From NCBI GenBank assembly GCA_963710605.1, contig CAVQBA010000006.1:288001-352000 (forward strand): DNA of 64,000 nucleotides. The letters run 5' to 3'. Below the pieces are notes generated by a model, which saw only the letters and a list, made by a program, of their open reading frames with translations, was not told the DNA's origin and did no database searches. This DNA comes from an uncultured cyanobacterium. GTDB taxonomy: Bacteria > Cyanobacteriota > Cyanobacteriia > Cyanobacteriales > Cyanobacteriaceae. Position numbers and translations under genes: made by a program. Below, piece after piece: positions 1 to 11,169 of the stretch; positions within the stretch are counted from its first letter, which is position 1, and every line of letters starts with the position of its first letter.

Positions 1-306
1 GATTAATTGACGATTACCTGTCAAATTAACGATAGAATGAGCTTTATTAACATCAATACCTGTATCCGCATCAAATACATCGTTAGTTAGATTTAACCAA
101 GCAATAATAGAGATTGCCGAAAATAAAAACGTTAGATAAATATTGAGGTTAAACAATCCCGTTTCCCAGTATGCAAAAGCAGTGGCAAAACTAATGGGAA
201 TTACTGCTACTGTGTACATTGGTGGCTTGATAGCACCGTACCAAAGTTGACTCTGATTTGGTGATTGTTCAACAATCGGTAATATTTGTTCTTTAGCAAT
301 ACTCAT
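1..306 (-). CDS. menA: 1,4-dihydroxy-2-naphthoate phytyl/prenyltransferase, N-terminal part (runs off the window)
   Basis: My minus-strand translation from ATG at 306 reads MSIAKEQ...LWYGAIKPPMYTVAVIP...AWLNLTNDVFDADTGIDVNK, with the UbiA/MenA NDxxD motif; divergent from menF. Confidence 0.9.
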   Translation of the reverse strand, partial: MSIAKEQILPIVEQSPNQSQLWYGAIKPPMYTVAVIPISFATAFAYWETGLFNLNIYLTFLFSAISIIAWLNLTNDVFDADTGIDVNKAHSIVNLTGNRQLI

Positions 307-573
307 GGTCTGTGGTTTAAAATGATACTTTAAATAAGTTTTTATACTTAATCAATCAAATTTTAATGATTTGGAGTTGTCTTTATCTCTATTGTTACAG
401 GATAGTAGATCAATTACTTCAATCTTAGTTTTCGTTAACATTTTGATAAATAACTTCATTTATGAATTTTTATTTTTACTTTTAATTCTCAGTACCGACA
501 GAAATTATAATTTTAAAATATCCAGTAATAAAATTATCTTTTTTAAAATCTTTATTATTAATTATTCACCATT

Positions 574-1998
574 ATGGTCGTAATTCCTAATCCTCCTAAT
601 ATAATAGATTATCTTTATGAATTGAAAAATTTAATTTTTTCTAGTAGTTTATCTGCCAATAATACTCATAATAATCAACCAATTTATTCTTTTTCACAAG
701 AAATAGATGCAATAGATCCTTTAATCTTTTTCTCAGTTCTACAAGAGTCAAATAAAGTATCTTTTTACTGGCAAAATAATCAAAAAAAAGAAGCGATCGT
801 GGCTATAGGAGCGATTAAAATCCTTAATATAGATTCTCCCAAACAGTTTCGTCAACTCAAAGAGAAACGTTTTGATAATTGTCAAGATTTTATTTTAGAA
901 AATCAAAAATTTATTACTTATACTAATGAAGATGTAGCATTTCATAATAGTTATTTTTTTTCCTATTTTAGTTTTTTTGCCAAAAATAATATTCAGAACA
1001 ATTTTTCTGATAGTAGTATTTTTCTTCCTTATTTACAATTAACGAAAAAAGATAAAAAATATATTTTAACTATTAATACTCATAATAAAATTGAGTTAGT
1101 AAAGAAATATTTAAATCAACGTAATTTTAGTCAACAGTTAAAAGCGATATATCAAAATCAAGAACAAAAAACTCACAATACTAAATACGAAATTGACGAG
1201 AAACAATATGATGGTTTTGAAGATAAAGTAAAAAATGCCCTCGAAACGATCGCTACCAAGAAATTAAGTAAAATAGTTGTAGCTCATGCTTTAGAAGTAA
1301 AAACAAAAGATAATTTTCGGATTGTCAAATCGTTACAAAACTTAAGGAAAAATCATCCAGATTGTTATATTTTTGCTCTTGGTAATCACACAGAAGAATA
1401 TTTTATTGGTGCTAGTCCAGAAAGACTACTTTCAGTCAAAAAAAATCAGTTGATTAGTGATGCCTTAGCAGGTTCAGCACCGAGGGGAAAACAGTCGCAA
1501 GAAGATATTTTAATCGGTGAACAATTATTACAAGGAGAAAAAGAAAAAAGAGAACATCAAGTTGTGGGGCAATTTATTTATGAACAACTTAAAAAAATGA
1601 ATTTATTGCCTCAAAAAGCACCTTTACAATTATTAAAGTTATCTAATATTCAACATTTATGGACACCTATTTATGCTGAATTAAATAACAATATTCATCC
1701 TTTAAAAATTATCAGTAAACTACATCCTACTCCCGCCGTAGCAGGTGAACCTGTTGATATTGCTTGCCAAGAAATTGCTAAATTAGAAGACTTTGAACGA
1801 TCGTTATACGCCTCACCTATTGGCTGGATTAATCTCAATGGTGATTGTGAATTTATTGTGGGTATTCGTTCAGCTTTGATTAAACACAATAAAGCAACTT
1901 TTTATGCAGGAGCGGGTATTGTCGCCGGTTCACAGCCAAAGCAGGAATTAATTGAAATTAAGCTTAAATTTCAAGCTCTTTTACAAGCACTAATATAA
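574..1998 (+). CDS. menF: Isochorismate synthase
   Basis: Chorismate-binding motifs FIGASPERL, ALAGSAPRG, KEKREH, LHPTPAVAG, AGAGIVAGS; next to menA. Confidence 0.92.
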   Translation: MVVIPNPPNIIDYLYELKNLIFSSSLSANNTHNNQPIYSFSQEIDAIDPLIFFSVLQESNKVSFYWQNNQKKEAIVAIGAIKILNIDSPKQFRQLKEKRFDNCQDFILENQKFITYTNEDVAFHNSYFFSYFSFFAKNNIQNNFSDSSIFLPYLQLTKKDKKYILTINTHNKIELVKKYLNQRNFSQQLKAIYQNQEQKTHNTKYEIDEKQYDGFEDKVKNALETIATKKLSKIVVAHALEVKTKDNFRIVKSLQNLRKNHPDCYIFALGNHTEEYFIGASPERLLSVKKNQLISDALAGSAPRGKQSQEDILIGEQLLQGEKEKREHQVVGQFIYEQLKKMNLLPQKAPLQLLKLSNIQHLWTPIYAELNNNIHPLKIISKLHPTPAVAGEPVDIACQEIAKLEDFERSLYASPIGWINLNGDCEFIVGIRSALIKHNKATFYAGAGIVAGSQPKQELIEIKLKFQALLQALI

Positions 1999-2058
1999 GA
2001 ATTGACAATCAATATTTTTATTTTATTTAAATTGTTTATTACCAAATTTTGAATGGAT

Positions 2059-2094
2059 TTCCCCATCCTTTGAAGGAGGGGTTAGGGGTGGTTG
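2059..2094. repeat. Dispersed hairpin repeat (TCCCC..CCTT..AAGGAGGGGTTAGGGGTGG family)
   Basis: Similar copies at 56718-56754, 56804-56839 and, inverted, 34854-34886; lies between convergent genes. Confidence 0.75.
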
Positions 2095-2119
2095 ATATCT
2101 CTTTTAACTTAATTATTAA

Positions 2120-3224
2120 TTACAAAGATATAACTAAATAAGCATCTTGGAATTTTGCTCCTTTAACAGGTTTACCTTTAAGAATAGGAGGTAACAAAAT
2201 ATTTCTTCTTTGCTCACCTGCACTAATAGTTATTTCTGGTTCATGATTGAGTAAGTTTGACCTCTTTTTTCTTAAATCCAGGTAAATGTACTTTAACTTC
2301 TCTATTGTTAGTATCAACGATTAAAGGATGAGGTGCTTGAGTTGCCTGTATTTGAAAATCAGGTAAACTGTTAATCAATTCCTCCCAATGATCATTTTCT
2401 TTTGAGTTTAGATTGGTGATGCTTAAAGGTGCAAATTCATCAACTAGATTGATAGTCGTTTCATCAGGGTTAAGAGATAAAACACCACCGATAGTTAAAC
2501 CCACTTGTTGTGCACTTCCCCAACAATATTTGGCGGAAGCGATCGTTTCTGTCTCTGAATTAGTAACTAAAAAAGCGGCTACTCGCTCAGGATTACTAAT
2601 CGCTTTGATACCGTTATCTAACATCTGATTCGCTTGGTTAGTTGGTTGAGAAGCTAAATCATTACCACTCCAAGAAACATTTAAAATAGCACTGGTCACC
2701 GGTTGAATAAAAGGAGATAAAGTTTTGACTATGTCTGAGTTTTCTAATAAGTTACGTACTCTTCTGATATACCAACTTAGAGTATCAGGAATGCCGAACA
2801 TTCTTAAAACATCTAGACTACTATTACCGTCATAGATAATAACATCATAATCACCTGTTTGGTCTTGCTCTCGTAAATAGTTTAAAGCTAAAGCTTCATC
2901 CATACCCGGAATTATAGCTAATTCTTCCGCAAATATATTATTTAAAATAGGCGATCGTAAATACTTACGCTCTTGTTTTTTAACCTCATCCCAACTATCG
3001 GTTAATAACTGAGTCGGTTTTAATCGAATAACAGATAAATTAGAACTAATTGTTTGGATTCCTGATTCTATTTCTGTGCCTAATTGTGAAGCAAAAGCAG
3101 AGCTGTAATCTTGTGTTACTAATAATACTCTTTTTCCTTCTTGAGCATATTTTTTAGCGGATGCGATCGCAATTGTGGTTTTACCGACACCACCTTTACC
3201 GAGAAAAGTTAATATAAAAGCCAT
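2120..3224 (-). pseudogene. ArsA/Get3-family ATPase with C-terminal alpha-crystallin-like domain, frameshifted near 2241-2245
   Basis: GKGGVGKTT P-loop; the ORF stops at KLTQS* while the expected tail PEITISAGEQRRNILLP...AKFQDAYLVISL continues in another frame (2120..2317); removing one base rejoins them. Confidence 0.8.
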
Positions 3225-3340
3225 TTGATAAAAAAAAACTATCTAGTTGAGAAATATAATGATGGGCAATGGCTGATTAAGAAGAAATATAAGTGCAGTT
3301 TCCTCAATAATCATTGCTCATAACCCTAGTGTTACACAAA

Positions 3341-3541
3341 TTATTTAACTACTTTAACTTCATCTTCAAAAAACCAACCTGTAGTAGAATCAGGAAATTC
3401 AACAAAGACACCAACACCGCTACCGTCAGTCATTTTAAAAGATTTAATTACTGCTTCTTGTCCTTGTTGGGCTTTTTCGATGTATTTATCATTGACTTTT
3501 TCTTTAAGACGGCAAACTTTTACTTTTTGTCCTACTTCCAT
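3341..3541 (-). CDS. petP: Cytochrome b6f-associated protein PetP (DUF2862)
   Basis: MEVGQKVKV...FKMTDGSGVGVFVEF...WFFEDE matches the cyanobacterial PetP pattern. Confidence 0.8.
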   Translation of the reverse strand: MEVGQKVKVCRLKEKVNDKYIEKAQQGQEAVIKSFKMTDGSGVGVFVEFPDSTTGWFFEDEVKVVK

Positions 3542-3725
3542 GATAGTTTCTCTAAAATTATTTTCTTAACAACTCTTAATTTTAACGGAATTTGGTCATT
3601 TTCTCGTCAAAGAATCTAGTTTAGTTGATAGTTGATAGCGGTCATTGGACGAAGAAGTCTTCTAAAGCAATGAATAATTGACCAAGACGTTGATAGTTAA
3701 AAACTAAAAACTAAAATATGATATT

Positions 3726-4358
3726 TCATTCATAAAAAACAGTTAGATATTGCCAATGATATTCATCTTCTAAAGAAGTTTGCTTCTGTTTTAGTAAAGC
3801 TATTTCTAGCAAGCTTTGGGTACTAAAAGCTATTTTTTCAGGAGCTTGTATTTTGATTAGCTTACCTGAACAACTCTTTTTTTGCTCGATCGTTTCTTGC
3901 CATTGTAAAGGTGTAAATTTAGCCTCTGTAGTGATAACTTTGAGCGGTTGTTGAGGAGTTATAAACTGATAAATTGCCCCAAAAACATTCTCGTTATGAG
4001 ATTGAATCTCGACAGCGATATATTGTTCTGGTTGTAACTTGTCGTGATGATACCAAGCGATCGCTATTAAAGTAGAAATACCATAAACAGGTACTTGTAA
4101 CTGTTGAGCTAGAGTTTTAGCCGTAACGACTCCAATTCTAGTACTAGTATAACTACCAGGACCATTCGCCACAGCAATAAAATCTAAATCTTGCCATGAT
4201 TGAGGTTGAATAAATTCAGCTAATTTGATCTGTATTTCATTCGCTAATTGCCTACCTAAATCCCATGACTGTTGCCGAAACGAACCTTGATGATTAACCA
4301 AACAAATTCCTAATTCTCCTGTAGTGGTATGTAAAGCTAATCCTTGTGGTGTTGTCAT
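3726..4358 (-). CDS. tsaB: tRNA threonylcarbamoyladenosine biosynthesis protein TsaB
   Basis: LALHTT N-terminus; AVANGPGSYTSTRIGVVTAKTLA motif. Confidence 0.9.
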   Translation of the reverse strand: MTTPQGLALHTTTGELGICLVNHQGSFRQQSWDLGRQLANEIQIKLAEFIQPQSWQDLDFIAVANGPGSYTSTRIGVVTAKTLAQQLQVPVYGISTLIAIAWYHHDKLQPEQYIAVEIQSHNENVFGAIYQFITPQQPLKVITTEAKFTPLQWQETIEQKKSCSGKLIKIQAPEKIAFSTQSLLEIALLKQKQTSLEDEYHWQYLTVFYE

Positions 4359-4643
4359 GATGATAGTTGATAGTTAGTAATTAATAATTGATAATTAATA
4401 ATTAATAATTGTGCTTGCTGATTATGATTTCGATTTAAGACAAAGATGCAAATACTCAATTGTCAATTGTTCTATGAATAATAGTATTATAGAATTAATC
4501 AATAACAATAGGCAAAAGAGTTAAGAGAACAAAAAATCTGAAACTCAAACACAATCAAAATATTTAATGTATGTTGTTTGTGACTCTATTGAAACTCTTA
4601 AACAAAAAAAAGCAATTTATTTAATTATTCAAATATAAGCTTT

Positions 4644-5828
4644 ATGGCTCAAATAGAAACTAGAACAGAACCCATGGTAATTAACATGGGGCCTCATCAC
4701 CCTTCAATGCACGGGGTGTTAAGACTCATTGTTACCTTAGATGGAGAAGATGTCATCGATTGCGAACCAGTAATTGGTTATCTACATCGAGGCATGGAAA
4801 AAATTGCTGAAAATCGGACTAACGTAATGTTTGTTCCTTATGTAAGTCGTTGGGATTACGCAGCAGGAATGTTTAACGAAGCCATTACTGTTAATGCACC
4901 AGAAAAACTTGCTGATATAGAAGTGCCTAAAAGGGCTCAATATATTCGGGTGATTATGCTCGAATTAAATCGTATCGCTAACCATCTACTTTGGCTTGGC
5001 CGATTTTTAGCTGATGTGGGCGCACAAACACCTTTCTTTTACATTTTCCGTGAAAGAGAAATGATTTATGATTTGTGGGAATCAGCTAGTGGTATGCGTT
5101 TAATTAATAATAATTATTTCCGTATTGGTGGAGTTGCTGTCGATTTGCCTTACGGTTGGATGGACAAATGCGAAGATTTTTGTGAATATTTTTTACCTAA
5201 AGTTGATGAGTACGAACAATTAATTACTAATAATCCTATTTTCCGTAGAAGAGTAGAAGGTGTTGGTACTATTACTCGTGAACAAGCAATCAATTGGGGT
5301 TTATCTGGTCCTATGTTACGTGCTTCGGGGGTGAAGTGGGATTTACGTAAAGTCGATCATTATGAGTGTTATGACGATTTTGATTGGGATGTACATTGGG
5401 AAACTTCAGGTGATTGTTTCGCTCGTTACGTAGTTCGTGTACGAGAAATGCGTGAATCAATTAAAATTATTCGTCAAGCAATGAAAGCAATACCCGGTGG
5501 TGCTTACGAAAATTTAGAAGCCAAACGAATGACTGAAGGTAAAAAATCTCAGTGGAATGATTTTGAGTATCAGTATATCGCTAAAAAAGTACCGCCTACT
5601 TTTAAAATACCTGCTGGTGAACATTATGTTCGTGTAGAGACAGGTAAAGGCGAGTTAGGAGTATTTATTGTTGGGCAAGATGATGTTTTCCCTAATCGTT
5701 GGAAAATACGCGCTCCTGACTTTAATAATTTACAAATTTTACCTGATTTACTTAAAGGGGTAAAACTTGCTGATATTATGCCGATTCTTGGTAGTATCGA
5801 TATTATTATGGGTTCTGTCGATCGATAA
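4644..5828 (+). CDS. ndhH: NDH-1 subunit H
   Basis: [25 protein letters not shown]-terminal DIIMGSVDR. Confidence 0.98.
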   Translation: MAQIETRTEPMVINMGPHHPSMHGVLRLIVTLDGEDVIDCEPVIGYLHRGMEKIAENRTNVMFVPYVSRWDYAAGMFNEAITVNAPEKLADIEVPKRAQYIRVIMLELNRIANHLLWLGRFLADVGAQTPFFYIFREREMIYDLWESASGMRLINNNYFRIGGVAVDLPYGWMDKCEDFCEYFLPKVDEYEQLITNNPIFRRRVEGVGTITREQAINWGLSGPMLRASGVKWDLRKVDHYECYDDFDWDVHWETSGDCFARYVVRVREMRESIKIIRQAMKAIPGGAYENLEAKRMTEGKKSQWNDFEYQYIAKKVPPTFKIPAGEHYVRVETGKGELGVFIVGQDDVFPNRWKIRAPDFNNLQILPDLLKGVKLADIMPILGSIDIIMGSVDR

Positions 5829-5927
5829 TTTTAACTCGAACAAATATCATTAGTTTTCGGATTTAAGTATTTAAGTAGTAATATTAAATACATGGTGGGC
5901 TATGCCCACCTTACTACCACCTAATCT

Positions 5928-5966
5928 TCAATTCTCAATTCTCAATTCTCAATTCTCAATTCTCAA
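5928..5966. repeat. Heptamer tandem repeat (AATTCTC)n, preceded by a GGTGGGC-TAT-GCCCACC hairpin at 5894-5910
   Basis: Read directly from the sequence. Confidence 0.9.
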
Positions 5967-5970
5967 AAGT

Positions 5971-6681
5971 ATGTGTGGTAGATTTACCTTAACTAAAACA
6001 AAAGAGCAAATTATTGATTATCTTTCTTCTTTGTCAGTGCCAGTCGATAATTTAGATAGTTTTTCTCCTAGTTATAATATAGCCCCTACACAAAAGGTAA
6101 TGACGATCGTTTCAGTAGATAATCAATTATCTTGTCGGTGGCAACGTTGGGGATTAATCCCTAAATGGACAAAAAAAGCGAGTAAGACTAATCCTTTGAT
6201 TAATGCTCGGATGGAAACCTTATCACAAAAACCTTCATTTAAAGACGCATTTATTCATCGTCGGTGCTTGATTTTAGCCGATGGTTTTTATGAATGGAAT
6301 CGCCATTCTTACGGCAAAAACCCACTTTACTTTCATTTACCAAATCAAGAATTATTCGCTTTTGCTAGTTTATGGGAATCTTGGCAAAATTCTGAGGGTA
6401 AAACAATCAATAGTGCCACCATTATCAATACCTCAGCACAAGGAGTGATGGAGGAAATTCACCCAAGGATGCCCGTTATTTTATCACCTTCGGTTTATCA
6501 GCAATGGTTGAATCCACAATTAAATTCACCATCAGATTTGAGTTTGTTATTACAAAACACTCAACAAAACTTTACTTATTATCCAGTTAGTCAGCAAGTT
6601 AATTTTGTGAAAAATAATTACCCTGATTTATTAAAAAAAGAAACCCTTAAGCGTACACAACAACTAAGTTTATTTGAATAA
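5971..6681 (+). CDS. SRAP/YedK (HMCES-like) abasic-site-protecting protein
   Basis: Real start is MCGRF at 5971 (catalytic Cys2); motifs SYNIAP, WGLIP, INARME, GFYEW, HPRMPVIL. Confidence 0.92.
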   Translation: MCGRFTLTKTKEQIIDYLSSLSVPVDNLDSFSPSYNIAPTQKVMTIVSVDNQLSCRWQRWGLIPKWTKKASKTNPLINARMETLSQKPSFKDAFIHRRCLILADGFYEWNRHSYGKNPLYFHLPNQELFAFASLWESWQNSEGKTINSATIINTSAQGVMEEIHPRMPVILSPSVYQQWLNPQLNSPSDLSLLLQNTQQNFTYYPVSQQVNFVKNNYPDLLKKETLKRTQQLSLFE

Positions 6682-6831
6682 AAATCTCAAAAAATTAGTT
6701 TTATCTTTTGATTAATAATTAATTATTTAACTCATTTTTAATTAGCAAAATAAGACAATAAGCCCACTGGTTACTTTGGAATGCAAAATTCTCCTATATA
6801 ATAACTTTGTGTAATTTTAATTGTTGAGATA

Positions 6832-7890
6832 ATGAATTTTATTAATGATTGGAGTCTAATTATTAAGATTGTTATTCCTGTAATCACTATTTTAGTAGCA
6901 GGATTAATTGGCTATATTATTGATAGGCGTTTAAAAAGTTTTAGAAAAAACCTTGACCCTGAAAGTTTTTTAGGTCAATATTCTTCTTTAATCAAATCGT
7001 TTGAAGGCTCAATCACTACTTTAGCAGTAGTAGGAGCGATCGCTTTAGTATTACCAATAATGTATTTACCTCCTACATTCAATAGTTTAGCGGAGAAAAT
7101 ATTAATTGTAATAGCTTTAGGAATGGCCACTTTAGTTGTTTCTCGTTTAGCCGTTAATACAATTCAGTTGTATAGTATTCAACACGAAACTACAGTTTCC
7201 TTAACTTCATTATTTGAATATTTAACTAAAGTTATTATCTTTAGTATTGGTTTTCTGATTATTATTCAATCAATAGGAATTCAGATAACTGCTTTAATCA
7301 CCGCTTTTGGGGTAGGTAGTTTATCAATTGGTTTAGCATTTCAAAGTACATTGGGAAACTTAATTTCGGGTGTTAATATTATTATTTCTCGTAAAATAAG
7401 ACCGGGAGATTATATTAAATTAAAAGACGGTGAAGAGGGTTATGTTCTTGATGTCGAACTAAAATACACAATCATCAGAGATATTTACAATAATGTAATT
7501 GTTATTCCTAATGGTAGTATTGTCGATGCTAGTTTTAAAAACTATACCCTAGAAGAACCGTGGATGCTAATTCCAATCAAGGTAGGTGTTAGCTACGATA
7601 GTGATTTAGAAAAGGTAGAACAAGTTACTTTAAATACAGCTAAAAAAATTATTCAAGAGATGGAAAATGGAATAACTGATTTTGAACCGTTTTTGAGATA
7701 TGAAAGTTTTGATTATTTTGCCATTACTTTAGTCGTCTATTTAAAAATTAATGAATATTACGATCGTTTGGTAGTAACTCATCAATTTATTAAGGAAATT
7801 CACCGCAATTATCAATTAGAAGATATTAAAATGGCTTTTCCTCTTTCCGAAAATTTTTTAATGTTCAAAGATAATCAAACATTTAAATAA
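6832..7890 (+). CDS. Small-conductance mechanosensitive channel, MscS family
   Basis: TM helices followed by GLAFQSTLGNLISG, GDYI, IPN, VGVSYDSDL. Confidence 0.9.
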   Translation: MNFINDWSLIIKIVIPVITILVAGLIGYIIDRRLKSFRKNLDPESFLGQYSSLIKSFEGSITTLAVVGAIALVLPIMYLPPTFNSLAEKILIVIALGMATLVVSRLAVNTIQLYSIQHETTVSLTSLFEYLTKVIIFSIGFLIIIQSIGIQITALITAFGVGSLSIGLAFQSTLGNLISGVNIIISRKIRPGDYIKLKDGEEGYVLDVELKYTIIRDIYNNVIVIPNGSIVDASFKNYTLEEPWMLIPIKVGVSYDSDLEKVEQVTLNTAKKIIQEMENGITDFEPFLRYESFDYFAITLVVYLKINEYYDRLVVTHQFIKEIHRNYQLEDIKMAFPLSENFLMFKDNQTFK

Positions 7891-9041
7891 AAGCTTTATT
7901 TATTATTAATTAAATATTATTTTCTTGATGTTGTATTATCTAATTATATTTTTGGAGATCAGCAATAGTTATTCAGAATTAATTTTTAATCAAAGATACA
8001 AAACTTTACTTAGTGGGAAAATAAATAACTACTGAGCGATTAGCGTAAGTTAATATTTTTAAATAAAATGATCAATTTAGTTGGATTAAAAAAATAAATA
8101 TGTTATATAATAAATACATATAAACAAAAACAAAAATATTCTATTGAGCAAGCTTAACTATTGCTATATTAGTTTTGTTGATCTATAACTAATCATTTTA
8201 CCAATCAAAGCGATCGTTTATTTTGGAGCTATATTTTGAGATAATTGTTTAGATTTGTGTTCTAAAATTCTAAATCAATGATTGACCACTGAAACCATTG
8301 TACTTTCAGTGAAAATGACTAGAACGATTCAACATTTGATGACAGTCAAACCAAAAAAATTGACAAAATCTTCCCAAAAAATAAAAAGGTTTGTTAACCT
8401 AGTGGTCAGGGAAGATTTATAACAATCAAGCGAAACAGACTTATGTATTATAAAAAAGATTTGTCTTTGATAAATAGAAAATATCGTTTCTGGATGCCAT
8501 TTTCTGTGAAATTCATTACAATATCTGAAGATTTCATCAAACTCATTTTTATCAAAACTTAAAAATGAATAAATTTTTCTCATCAAGAAAAAGAGTTAAT
8601 GGAATCATAAAACGATCGAGCAGGATAAATTCGATAGTTTTGTCACAAACATTTAGATATGACCTATCATAATTGTTTATTTATAATTCATTAGTCCCCA
8701 ATTATACCAGACTGGAAGACCATGAGGAAAACAGTCAACCGAATTGACTTAAATGTTAGAAAAATTAACTAATATTAGGATTTTGAACAAGACTCTGTAA
8801 TTACCAACAATACAAAAATGGCAACTTAACATTGACAGTTTTCTCGATTACTGACTAATATTGGGATCAATAAAAATTAAGCGATAAATGCTTAACAAAA
8901 CGATCGTAAGTCGTTGAGATTGTGCATTGTGTAATTTATGGTAATTAAAAAAACAGAAGACTGTTAATATCATCATCAATATTTTATATTTAACCGTTTA
9001 TCTTCTAAACAAAATTTTATAAGGAGCAAGAGGAAAACCTA

Positions 9042-10217
9042 ATGACGCAGGCACAAGAAATTTTAGCACCTATTTCACCCGCTAACGGATTAGAAGAAAT
9101 GTTGGATATGACTCCAGCGAAATTGAAAAAATCCAAACAATCAAAAAGCAATGAATTAAGCGAAGTGATTGTCGAAGCCGATTCCATTGGTGTTGCTGAT
9201 GTCAACAACAAAAAAACACGCAAAGTTAGTGGTACAAGTCGTCGTCGCACACAAACTAAAAAGAAACCTTTTACTGAAGACTCAATTCGTATTTATCTCC
9301 AAGAAATTGGTAGAATTCGTTTACTTCGGGCAGAAGAAGAGATTGAATTAGCCAGACAGATTGCTGATTTGTTAGATATGGAATCAATTCACTTAACATT
9401 AAGTGAACATTTAGGGCGAACACCAAAACACGAAGAATGGGCTCAAGCTTGCGATTTACCTAATCTACGAAGTTTTAATCGACGTTTACATATCGGTAGA
9501 AGGGCAAAAGACAAAATGGTACAATCTAACCTGCGTTTAGTTGTTTCCATCGCCAAAAAATACATGAATCGAGGTTTATCGTTTCAAGATTTGATTCAAG
9601 AAGGAAGTTTAGGTTTGATTCGGGCGGCAGAAAAATTTGATCATGAGAAAGGTTACAAATTTTCCACTTACGCTACATGGTGGATTCGTCAAGCTATAAC
9701 TCGTGCCATAGCAGATCAATCTCGAACAATTCGACTCCCAGTGCATCTTTATGAAACTATCTCTCGCATCAAAAAGACGACTAAGATGCTATCTCAAAAA
9801 ATGGGTAGAAAGCCAACTGAAGAAGAAATAGCAGAAGATATGGAAATGACCATTGAAAAACTTCGTTTCATTGCTAAATCTGCACAGCTACCTATTTCTT
9901 TAGAAACACCTATTGGTAAAGAAGAAGATTCTCGTTTAGGTGATTTTATTGAAGCTGATGGCGAAACACCAGAAGATGAAGTTTCTAAAAATCTGTTAAG
10001 AGAAGATTTAGAAAATGTACTGGATTCATTAAGCCCACGAGAGCGTGATGTTTTAAGATTACGTTATGGTTTGGATGATGGACGAATGAAAACTTTAGAA
10101 GAAATCGGACAAATATTCAATGTCACTCGTGAGCGTATTAGACAAATAGAAGCTAAAGCTTTACGTAAACTGCGTCATCCTAATCGTAATAGCATCCTCA
10201 AAGAATACATCCGATAA
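9042..10217 (+). CDS. sigA: Primary (group 1) sigma factor
   Basis: [68 protein letters not shown]. Confidence 0.97.
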   Translation: MTQAQEILAPISPANGLEEMLDMTPAKLKKSKQSKSNELSEVIVEADSIGVADVNNKKTRKVSGTSRRRTQTKKKPFTEDSIRIYLQEIGRIRLLRAEEEIELARQIADLLDMESIHLTLSEHLGRTPKHEEWAQACDLPNLRSFNRRLHIGRRAKDKMVQSNLRLVVSIAKKYMNRGLSFQDLIQEGSLGLIRAAEKFDHEKGYKFSTYATWWIRQAITRAIADQSRTIRLPVHLYETISRIKKTTKMLSQKMGRKPTEEEIAEDMEMTIEKLRFIAKSAQLPISLETPIGKEEDSRLGDFIEADGETPEDEVSKNLLREDLENVLDSLSPRERDVLRLRYGLDDGRMKTLEEIGQIFNVTRERIRQIEAKALRKLRHPNRNSILKEYIR

Positions 10218-10219
10218 AT

Positions 10220-10320
10220 AATTGACAATTGACAATTGACAATTGACAATTAAGTAAGAGGCAAAAAGCAATAAATAAGAAGTTTTAATTGCTAATTGCT
10301 AATCGCTAATTGTTAATTGT
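10220..10320. repeat. Heptamer tandem repeats (AATTGAC)4 and (AATTGCT)-like
   Basis: Read directly from the intergenic region after sigA. Confidence 0.85.
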
Positions 10321-10326
10321 TTTTTT

Positions 10327-11115
10327 ATGCTTAGTAGTTTACAAAATCCTTTGATTAAACAAATACGTAAGTTGCATCGTCGTCAGGAAAGACATCAGCA
10401 AAATTTACATTTGTTAGAAGGGAGTAATCTCGTTATAGCGGCGATCGAAGTCGGTTATCCTTTAGTTAATGTCTTGGCAACGTCTTTATGGGTGCAAAAA
10501 AATTCTGCTTATTGGCAACAATTACAAAATTTAGCCCAAAAAACTGAAGTTGTTACACCCGAATTGATGCAGAAATTAGCCACAACAGTTAATCCTGATG
10601 GTGTTGTTGCTACTGCCCATCGTCAAGAGGCTGACAAATCGCCACCAACTAATTTGCGATGTGGATTAGTTTTAGAAACAATTCAAGATCCCGGTAATTT
10701 AGGTACAATTATTCGCACTAGTGTAGCGACTAATGTCGATTTTATCTGGTTAAGTGAAGATAGCGTTGATTTAGATCATCCCAAAGTAATGCGTGCTTCT
10801 GTCGGTGAGTGGTTTAAAATAAAGGCTCAAAGAGAAAAAGAGCTTTTAGCTTTAGTGCAAAAATATCATCACGAAGGTGTACAAATTGTCGCCACTTCTT
10901 TGACAGCACAAAAGACTCATTGGCAAATTGATTTTCGTCAACCAACTCTTATTTTGTTAGGAAATGAAGCACAAGGATTATCGCCTCAATTAGCCAGTTT
11001 GGCGACTGAGAATGTCAAAATTCCTTTAGCTAATGATGTTGAATCTCTTAATGTTGCGATCGCTACTGCATTTATTTTAGCTGAATATCAAAGACAATTA
11101 ACGATCGAGCATTAA
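10327..11115 (+). CDS. TrmH/SpoU-family RNA methyltransferase
   Basis: IQDPGNLGTIIRT, LGNEAQGL, ESLNVAIA SPOUT motifs. Confidence 0.93.
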   Translation: MLSSLQNPLIKQIRKLHRRQERHQQNLHLLEGSNLVIAAIEVGYPLVNVLATSLWVQKNSAYWQQLQNLAQKTEVVTPELMQKLATTVNPDGVVATAHRQEADKSPPTNLRCGLVLETIQDPGNLGTIIRTSVATNVDFIWLSEDSVDLDHPKVMRASVGEWFKIKAQREKELLALVQKYHHEGVQIVATSLTAQKTHWQIDFRQPTLILLGNEAQGLSPQLASLATENVKIPLANDVESLNVAIATAFILAEYQRQLTIEH

Positions 11116-11169
11116 TGTTATTGCAGAGTAGAAAATAAGTTATCGGCAATTAATTTTGCAAAAACTTGA

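Noticed and set aside
371-583. Short AT-rich ORFs (371..583, 8329..8586, 20397..20591, 35201..35389)
   Set aside because: Low-complexity F/I/L/K composition in promoter regions with no motifs
5902-5970. N-terminal extension of the SRAP ORF (QFSILNSQFSIL)
   Set aside because: Translation of the heptamer repeat; SRAP needs Cys at position 2, so the start is 5971
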